Below are positions 58,109 to 64,000 of a DNA stretch of 64,000 bases, in pieces (position 1 is the first letter of the stretch; each line of letters opens with the position of its first letter). A model generated the notes under the pieces. The model saw nothing but the letters and a program-made list of their open reading frames with translations. It did no database searches and was not told where the DNA came from. Position numbers and translations under genes: made by a program. Origin of the DNA: an uncultured Candidatus Saccharibacteria bacterium (GTDB taxonomy: Bacteria; Patescibacteriota; Saccharimonadia; Saccharimonadales; Saccharimonadaceae); assembly GCA_938033875.1 (NCBI GenBank), contig CALHKG010000015.1, positions 16,393 to 80,392 of the forward strand, in the 5' to 3' direction.

Positions 58109-58944
58109 TGGATATCGACCAAATAGTGAAATTGAAGAGAATATCACAACAATTGCGAAAGTCTGTTATTAGCAAATTATCGGCGGCTGGCTCGGGTCAT
58201 TCGGCTGGCTGTTTGGGGTTTGCTGATGTTATGGCGGTTTTGTATTTTCATGCCATGCAACTAGACCCTGAGAATCCTGATTGGGAAGACCGGGATATTT
58301 TCGTGATGAGCAATGGTCATTATGCGCCACTTTTATATGCCACACTGGCGGAGCGGGGATTTTTCGATAAAAAAGAGTTGGCTAATTTGCGAAAATTTAG
58401 CTCCAAGCTTCAAGGTCATCCGGAACGCGGCAGCTTACCAGGAATTGAAACGACTAGCGGTCCTCTGGGCTGCGGCCTGAGTCAAGCGGCTGGTATGGCA
58501 TACTCATTGCAATATTTGGGTGGCAATTCTGAGCGATTCGTTTACTGCAGTTTGGGTGATGGCGAACTGGATGAAGGGAATATTTGGGAAGCGGCGATGT
58601 TTGCGAAAAAATATAATCTGTCGAATTTGATTGCGATTGTTGATAGAAATAATATTCAGATTGGTGGTGATACGGAAAAGGTGATGCCGCTAGGTGATTT
58701 GGCAGATAAATGGCGAAGTTTTGGCTGGAATGCGCAGGAGATTGACGGGCATGATCATTTGGCGATAATTCAGGCGATTGATAAGGCTAAGAATTCTCGG
58801 CAGTCGAGCGTGATAATCGCGCATACAATTCCTGGTCGTGGCGTTGATTTTATGGAATATGATTACCGTTGGCATGGAAAATCTCCAAACGCCGAGGAGG
58901 CGGAGCGGGCGCTTGCTCAATTGAGTGAAGGAGGTGGCGAATGA
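58108..58944 (+). CDS. tkt: Transketolase, N-terminal (TPP-binding) subunit
   Basis: 278 aa. GSGHSAG, GDGELDEGNIWEA TPP motif. Split-gene form. Confidence 0.9.
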   Translation: MDIDQIVKLKRISQQLRKSVISKLSAAGSGHSAGCLGFADVMAVLYFHAMQLDPENPDWEDRDIFVMSNGHYAPLLYATLAERGFFDKKELANLRKFSSKLQGHPERGSLPGIETTSGPLGCGLSQAAGMAYSLQYLGGNSERFVYCSLGDGELDEGNIWEAAMFAKKYNLSNLIAIVDRNNIQIGGDTEKVMPLGDLADKWRSFGWNAQEIDGHDHLAIIQAIDKAKNSRQSSVIIAHTIPGRGVDFMEYDYRWHGKSPNAEEAERALAQLSEGGGE

Positions 58945-59903
58945 GTTTCTTAATGGAGAATTGGCAGAATTTGGAGCTTGCGGCAATTCGGATGGGTTTC
59001 GGCGAAGGCTTGGTGGATATTGCGAAGAAAAATAATTTGGTGGTGGCGCTGAGTGCGGATTTAATGGAGAGCGTTGGCTTTGGTAAGTTTTATGAGGAAA
59101 TCGGGAAGCCGCGGGCAATTGAAGTTGGCGTGGCGGAACAGAATTTGGTTACTGTGGCGTCTGGGCTGGCGGCTATGGGAAATATTCCGTTTGCAGCTAG
59201 TTATGCGGCGTTTAGTCCGGGTCGCAACTGGGAGCAGATTCGCACGACTATTTGCCTGAACAATCAGCCGGTTAAGTTAGTGGGTTCTCATGCTGGGTTA
59301 AATGTTGGTCCAGATGGTGCGACGCATCAAATGCTGGAAGATATTGCGCTGATGCGAAGTTTACCTAATATGGTGGTTTTGGCGCCCGGTGATGCTAATG
59401 AAGCCAAGCTGATCGCGGCGGCAATGACTGGAGATAAACGCCCGAATTACGTAAGATTGCCAAGAGAAAAAACGGCGTTATTCCTAAATCAATCTACTTT
59501 TGAGATTGGAAAAAGTTATACGTTGAGGCACGGTAAAGATGTTGCCTTGTTTGGAACTGGCGTGATGACTTATCAATTGTTGTTGGCGGCGGAAAAGCTC
59601 GCGAATGAATATGACATTCAGGCGGAAGTAATTCATTTTCCGACGATCAAGCCGCTGGACGAGGACACTGTGCTTGATGCGGCTCAAAAATGCCAAGCCG
59701 TCATTACGGCGGAAGAAGGGCAGATTGCTGGTGGATTTGGCTCAAGCGTGGCGGAAGTTCTTAGTGATAATTTGCCGGTAAAGATGAAGCGAATCGGTGT
59801 TAATGACGCGTTTGGCGAGTCTGGCAAAATGTCTGAATTGTGGCAAAAGCACGGTTTGGATGTCGATTCAATTGTTCGTAGTGTTGTCAATTTTCTCCAG
59901 TGA
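58941..59903 (+). CDS. tkt: Transketolase, C-terminal (pyrimidine-binding) subunit
   Basis: 320 aa. GVAEQNLVTVASGLA, THQMLEDIALMR. 4-nt overlap with the N-terminal subunit. Confidence 0.9.
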   Translation: MSFLMENWQNLELAAIRMGFGEGLVDIAKKNNLVVALSADLMESVGFGKFYEEIGKPRAIEVGVAEQNLVTVASGLAAMGNIPFAASYAAFSPGRNWEQIRTTICLNNQPVKLVGSHAGLNVGPDGATHQMLEDIALMRSLPNMVVLAPGDANEAKLIAAAMTGDKRPNYVRLPREKTALFLNQSTFEIGKSYTLRHGKDVALFGTGVMTYQLLLAAEKLANEYDIQAEVIHFPTIKPLDEDTVLDAAQKCQAVITAEEGQIAGGFGSSVAEVLSDNLPVKMKRIGVNDAFGESGKMSELWQKHGLDVDSIVRSVVNFLQ

Positions 59904-59907
59904 AAAA

Positions 59908-59967
59908 CCCGCCAGGAGCTACTGCCAAGATCCAATTAAAGACCTCAAAGCAAGTAGTCCTGACGGG
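59908..59967 (-). terminator. Long imperfect hairpin terminator of cassette C
   Basis: Arms 59908-59924 / 59951-59967 (CCCG/CGGG, CAGGA/TCCTG, CTACT/AGTAG with bulges). On the minus strand it is followed by TTTTTC. Abuts the tkt stop. Confidence 0.5.
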
Positions 59968-59979
59968 TGCGTGCTGCAT

Positions 59980-60165
59980 CTACTGGTCTGGTGCGCGGAC
60001 CATGCTGTAGATGATAGCGGGCGCCATGACGTTAACCATGAAGACGGCAATCGCGCCGTCTGTCCCGTAGACTGTAATGATGGTCACCATAGCGGCGCAC
60101 CAGATCAGGCAGAGTACCGCCATGATGATCGCGGCAAATTCTACTGTTCTTACGACAGGACTCAT
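59980..60165 (-). CDS. Hypothetical small hydrophobic protein (cassette C, high GC)
   Basis: 61 aa, 2 TM. 34/60 G+C in line 59981-60040. Own promoter, ~77-nt leader, GGAGGAAAG SD and terminator. Possible distant paralog of 56452-56784. Confidence 0.4.
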   Translation of the reverse strand: MSPVVRTVEFAAIIMAVLCLIWCAAMVTIITVYGTDGAIAVFMVNVMAPAIIYSMVRAPDQ

Positions 60166-60248
60166 CTCTCTTTCCTCCAGAAAAGAAAACGCTCAGGACC
60201 AAAGGACTCTTCCGCCCTTAGGGGTAAGCCTTGAGCAAAAGTCATTTT

Positions 60249-60277
60249 ATATTATCACCAAAACAACATGATGTCAA
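60249..60277 (-). promoter_or_regulatory. Promoter of cassette C (TTGACA-N17-TAATAT)
   Basis: Reverse complement reads TTGACA (60277-60272), 17-nt spacer, TAATAT (60254-60249). Confidence 0.55.
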
Positions 60278-60338
60278 TTCTCTTGGCATAGCGGGCGGTA
60301 ATTGATATAATTACCATAAGTATTTTAGGGGGGGCAGT

Positions 60339-61250
60339 ATGGGATTATCGATTTCAGAGATTCGGAAAAACACGACGCGGGCGCGTCATTTAATGCAGCG
60401 GACACGGGCGCAGCGTTTTGCGGTTGGGGCGTTTAATATTGACAATCAAGAGACGCTGATTGCGGTGGCGCGGGCGGCACAAAAGCTTCAATCGCCAGTG
60501 TTGGTTGAGGTTTCTGACGCCGAAGTGAAGGCTATGGGTCTAGAGAACGTCCGTGATTTGGTGGACAATTATAAGACTGAGTACGGAATTGAAATGTATT
60601 TGAATTTGGACCACGGTCCGACGGTTGAGGGTTGTAAGCGAGCGATTGACGCTGGATATGAGTTTGTCCATATTGATATTTCTCAGGCGAATCACGACGC
60701 TTCAGACGAGGAAATTATTGCCAAAACTCGTGAGGTTGTTGAATATGCCAAGTTTACTGGCGCGCTAGTGGAGTCTGAGCCGCATTATTTTGGCGGCAGC
60801 TCAAATGTTCATACGGAAGATATAAATTATAAGGAAATAAAAAAGACTTTCTCTACGCCAGAGGGTGCGCGTGCGTTTGTTGAGGCGACTGGAATTGATA
60901 CTTTTGCGGCGGCGATTGGCAATTTGCATGGCAAATATCCAGTTCCGAAAGTGTTGGATTTGGATTTGTTGACTGACATTCGTGAGGCGATTCATTGTCA
61001 GATTTCGTTGCATGGCGGATCTGGGACGCCGCTACATTATTTCGAGGATGCTGCGAAAATTGGCGTTTCTAAAATCAATATCAATTCTGATATGCGCTAC
61101 GCTTTCCGAACGACTTTGGAGAAAACCTTGCGAGAAAATCCAAATGAGTACGCTATTGTTAAATTAATGCCGCCAGTTTATGCTGCCGTACAGGAAGTGG
61201 TGGAGTCAAAGATTAAGGCGTTTAATTCCGTCAGAAAGGCGGTGGTTTAA
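60339..61250 (+). CDS. fba: Class II fructose-bisphosphate aldolase
   Basis: 303 aa. LNLDHG, HIDIS, SLHGGSG metal/substrate motifs. Confidence 0.88.
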   Translation: MGLSISEIRKNTTRARHLMQRTRAQRFAVGAFNIDNQETLIAVARAAQKLQSPVLVEVSDAEVKAMGLENVRDLVDNYKTEYGIEMYLNLDHGPTVEGCKRAIDAGYEFVHIDISQANHDASDEEIIAKTREVVEYAKFTGALVESEPHYFGGSSNVHTEDINYKEIKKTFSTPEGARAFVEATGIDTFAAAIGNLHGKYPVPKVLDLDLLTDIREAIHCQISLHGGSGTPLHYFEDAAKIGVSKININSDMRYAFRTTLEKTLRENPNEYAIVKLMPPVYAAVQEVVESKIKAFNSVRKAVV

Positions 61251-62212
61251 TGGCAAAAATCATCACCGTTGGTGCGGCGATTCAAGACGTATTTTTAAGT
61301 CAATCGGACGCACTGACGCCAGTTTGTGAAAGTCCAGAACACTGTTTTGCGCGACTGGATTTGGGTGCGAAAGCCGACGTAAACCAGATTCATTTTTCGA
61401 CTGGCGGTGGCGCTACAAACGCTGCGGTAACGTTTTCCAGGCAAGGGCATTATGCTAGCTTTATGGGCGCAATCGGTCATGATCCAGCTGGGCAAGCGGT
61501 AATTGCGGATTTGGACAAGGAAAATATTGACACGCATTTGGTGCGATATTCGCCAAAATACAGTACGGGATATTCGGTGTTATTATTAGCCTCAAATGGC
61601 GAGCGGACAATTTTAACATACCGCGGTGCTTCAACGCATTATCATGAGGCGGATTTTGATTTGTCTGAAGAGGACGCGGATTGGCTATACGTTTCAACTT
61701 TGGCGGGAAATATGTCAATGCTTCATAAATTATTCCAGCAAGCCAAGCGTCGCGATATGAAAATCTGTTTTAATCCCGGGAAGAAAGAATTAGCGCAAAA
61801 GGATAAATTGCTGGGATTGTTGTCTGATGTTGATGTTTTAACTCTGAACAAAGAAGAAATGCAGCAATTGGTGTCTGGTGAGGATTTGGAAGCCTTGGTT
61901 AGAAGAGGTTTGAGATTAGTTCCGGTCGTTTTAGTGACGGACGGCGTAAATGGCTCAATCGCAAGCGATGGAAAAACCATCGTGCGAGCGCTAATGTACG
62001 ACGACAGACCGTCAATTGACAGAACTGGCGCTGGAGATGCGTTTGCGTCGGGATTTTTGAGCGAATGGGCGCGAAGCGGCAATTTGAAAAACTCTGTGAT
62101 TATGGGCAGTGCGAACGCTAGTTCGGTGGTTATGAAAATTGGAGCAAAGGCTGGAATTTTATATGCTGGCACAGTACTTCATGCTATGCCAATTCAAGAA
62201 AGGGAATTATAA
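61250..62212 (+). CDS. PfkB-family carbohydrate kinase
   Basis: 320 aa. GGGATNAA N-terminal motif and DRTGAGDAFASGF C-terminal motif. Start overlaps the fba stop. Confidence 0.8.
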   Translation: MAKIITVGAAIQDVFLSQSDALTPVCESPEHCFARLDLGAKADVNQIHFSTGGGATNAAVTFSRQGHYASFMGAIGHDPAGQAVIADLDKENIDTHLVRYSPKYSTGYSVLLLASNGERTILTYRGASTHYHEADFDLSEEDADWLYVSTLAGNMSMLHKLFQQAKRRDMKICFNPGKKELAQKDKLLGLLSDVDVLTLNKEEMQQLVSGEDLEALVRRGLRLVPVVLVTDGVNGSIASDGKTIVRALMYDDRPSIDRTGAGDAFASGFLSEWARSGNLKNSVIMGSANASSVVMKIGAKAGILYAGTVLHAMPIQEREL

Positions 62213-62691
62213 TGGCGCAAAATTTGGGAAAATTGTTGGGTGGTGACGTGAAAAAGCGTCGAGCATTAACCGAGCTCAGGCAGATGACTAGGGATGATAG
62301 CGATGTGCGATTGATTGCGGAAATATTGGCTAGAGCGCACTCAATTATTCGATCTCTAGGTCTGGATCCGTCAAACGCTACGGCAGAAGAAATTTATCAA
62401 TCACTAATGGCTATTGCACCGAAAGTGGATAAATGGGCGCCGTTTAAGGCTTCTGAATGGGTGCTTTTGGACGTTGATGGTCAGGTGATTTCGTTTAATC
62501 CAATTGATATTATAAATAACTATCACTGCCAGTTACCTCTGGGAAAGCAGCAAACAACGTATGGCAAGCGAGGTTTGGGATTTGAGATTACGCGCCGATA
62601 TAAAAACCACCCGCGCACGTACAATCCAGCCGTAGAGCGAGTGGTCTGCCAGGGTGGAATTTGTTGGATTGAGCCGAAACCTAAGAAATAA
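62212..62691 (+). CDS. Hypothetical protein, translationally coupled to the PfkB kinase
   Basis: 159-aa ORF. ATG overlaps the kinase stop (TAATG). No motif recognised. Confidence 0.5.
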   Translation: MAQNLGKLLGGDVKKRRALTELRQMTRDDSDVRLIAEILARAHSIIRSLGLDPSNATAEEIYQSLMAIAPKVDKWAPFKASEWVLLDVDGQVISFNPIDIINNYHCQLPLGKQQTTYGKRGLGFEITRRYKNHPRTYNPAVERVVCQGGICWIEPKPKK

Positions 62692-63363
62692 TTATCGGTC
62701 GCAACAAGTTCGCTGATTTTTGATCAAATTAACCACCTCTGGAATATCTTCGGTAATTGTGTAGGTTTTTTCATCGCCGTCAGATATTAGCTTGTTTGGT
62801 AGCATGTTGTCGCGAACAAAATCATCCCATTTACCCCAGAATTTTTTATCAAACAGGATAATTGGTACTGGCGCCATTTTCTTAGTTTGTGTCAATGTGA
62901 TAATCTCACAAATTTCGTCCATTGTGCCGAATCCGCCAGGGAAACAAACGTACGCATCAGCCAGAAGTGTCATAACGATTTTTCGTGGTGCGAAGTGGGT
63001 GAATGCGAATGAATCTGTCGTATAGTTGTTTAGAGATTGTTCGTGTGGCAAGCGAATGTTGAACCCGACTGATTTTCCGCCAGCTTCCATAGCGCCGCGG
63101 TTTGCCGCTTCCATAATTCCGCCACCACCGCCGGTGATAATTGTGTAACCTTCTTTAGCTAATTGGAATGCTAAGTCTTTGGCTTTTTGGTAATATTCAT
63201 TATCTTCAGTTATCCTGGCTGATCCAAAAAAAGTCACGGTTTTATGATATTTTTGGAGAATTTCATAGCCGGCATGAATTTCGTCATCGACTTTTCCTAA
63301 TCTGAACATCGCAGCCTGAAGTTGCAATTCGCGCGGAATACAAACATTTTTCGGTGTCATCAT
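62692..63363 (-). CDS. LOG-family / TIGR00730 Rossmann-fold nucleotide-binding protein
   Basis: 223 aa. GGGGGIMEA and PGGFGTMDE motifs. Confidence 0.85.
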   Translation of the reverse strand: MMTPKNVCIPRELQLQAAMFRLGKVDDEIHAGYEILQKYHKTVTFFGSARITEDNEYYQKAKDLAFQLAKEGYTIITGGGGGIMEAANRGAMEAGGKSVGFNIRLPHEQSLNNYTTDSFAFTHFAPRKIVMTLLADAYVCFPGGFGTMDEICEIITLTQTKKMAPVPIILFDKKFWGKWDDFVRDNMLPNKLISDGDEKTYTITEDIPEVVNLIKNQRTCCDR

Positions 63364-63428
63364 TATCCTTTTTATTTTATGATTTTAACTTTATTACTAT
63401 ATCATAAAATGCCTATGGTTACAATACA

Positions 63429-63457
63429 TTGACGGCAAATAATCCATCATATACAAT
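63429..63457 (+). promoter_or_regulatory. Promoter TTGACG-N17-TACAAT for the terminal partial gene
   Basis: TTGACG 63429-63434, TACAAT 63452-63457, then a leader with GGAGG SD. Confidence 0.5.
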
Positions 63458-63483
63458 CAAAGCACAATCTAAATGGAGGTTTT

Positions 63484-64000
63484 ATGGAAAATAAATCAAC
63501 GGCTAACAAATGGCTGATCGCGGCAGTGATTGTTATGGGTATAATCATTGTTGCTATGGCTACTTGGATAATTGCTGGTGCTGTGTATAAAGATAAGGAT
63601 TCTAGCGCTTCGGTAAAAGGTAGCCAGACAAAGAAGGATTCATCTGATTCACTGGAAAAAACTCGCGGTGAAGGCGAGGAGCCGTCAAATGAGGCAAAGA
63701 AAGAGTATAAAGATTTCCGAACCAAAGGCGACGGTACGGGCATTCGTTTAACTTCAGCAAGTGATGTTGATAAATTGGATATTGATAGCTCTTTGAAGAA
63801 GTTTTTGAAGTCTAAAGTTGGTCAGCCAATTCCAGAGCGTGAAGGTTCTACGTATGAGCCAATCATCGACCGTGCATACGGAAAATATGCGGCAGTATAT
63901 GGCTTAACGAACGCTTATACTATTATCGGACCAAAGAACGGTACTGGCGAAACTGCAATTGTTGCGGGCACGCAGCAAGGTGGCATGCCGTGCTCAGACT
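63484..64000 (+). CDS. Membrane-anchored hypothetical protein (3' end beyond the window)
   Basis: ATG 63484 after GGAGG. MENKSTANKWLIAAVIVMGIIIVAMATWIIAG TM anchor. Open to the window end. Replaces the antisense track ORF 63447-63743. Confidence 0.5.
   Translation, partial: MENKSTANKWLIAAVIVMGIIIVAMATWIIAGAVYKDKDSSASVKGSQTKKDSSDSLEKTRGEGEEPSNEAKKEYKDFRTKGDGTGIRLTSASDVDKLDIDSSLKKFLKSKVGQPIPEREGSTYEPIIDRAYGKYAAVYGLTNAYTIIGPKNGTGETAIVAGTQQGGMPCSD

Noticed and set aside
63447-63743. 98-aa minus-strand ORF.
   Set aside because: The plus-strand ORF from ATG 63484 has a promoter, GGAGG SD and a TM anchor, and stays open to the window end. The minus ORF is its antisense shadow.

Overview
This 64-kb chromosomal window comes from a small-genome, fairly low-GC bacterium. 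Coding lines I hand-counted were about 45-47% G+C. It encodes Gram-positive-type sortase substrates (LAETG). The gene style (split transketolase, short Rel, orphan solute-binding protein, many short housekeeping proteins) would fit a Patescibacteria/Saccharibacteria-like organism, but I cannot verify taxonomy without a database search.

The backbone is housekeeping: obg, sbcB, uvrA, uvrC, ligA, leuS, pheS, pheT, rpmF, nusB, rnc, trmD, rmuC, trxA, trxB, ppa, rel, gap, rpiB-rpe-tkt, fba and four tRNAs. I saw no rRNA, CRISPR array, transposase or integrase.

Main observations:
1. pheS and pheT are separated by a ~9.5-kb accessory island. It is rich in small nucleotide-handling enzymes (HIT, CYTH, ASCH, Nudix) and carries recombination scars.
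2. Inside the island, an RclA-like flavoprotein gene is flanked by perfect 215-nt direct repeats that leave a truncated HIT gene.
3. A compositionally foreign, high-GC GNAT-GNAT-ASCH fusion gene lies next to a native ASCH gene, and a decayed ASCH remnant lies about 1.5 kb downstream.
4. Three compositionally atypical single-gene cassettes sit antisense at operon boundaries. Each has its own TTGACx-N17 promoter, structured leader and terminator. Two encode possibly related small membrane proteins that bracket the pentose-phosphate operon.
5. There is a pervasive promoter layout with the -10 box 6-7 nt before the ATG, implying leaderless mRNAs.

All functional calls rest on motifs read from the translations. 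None is database-verified.
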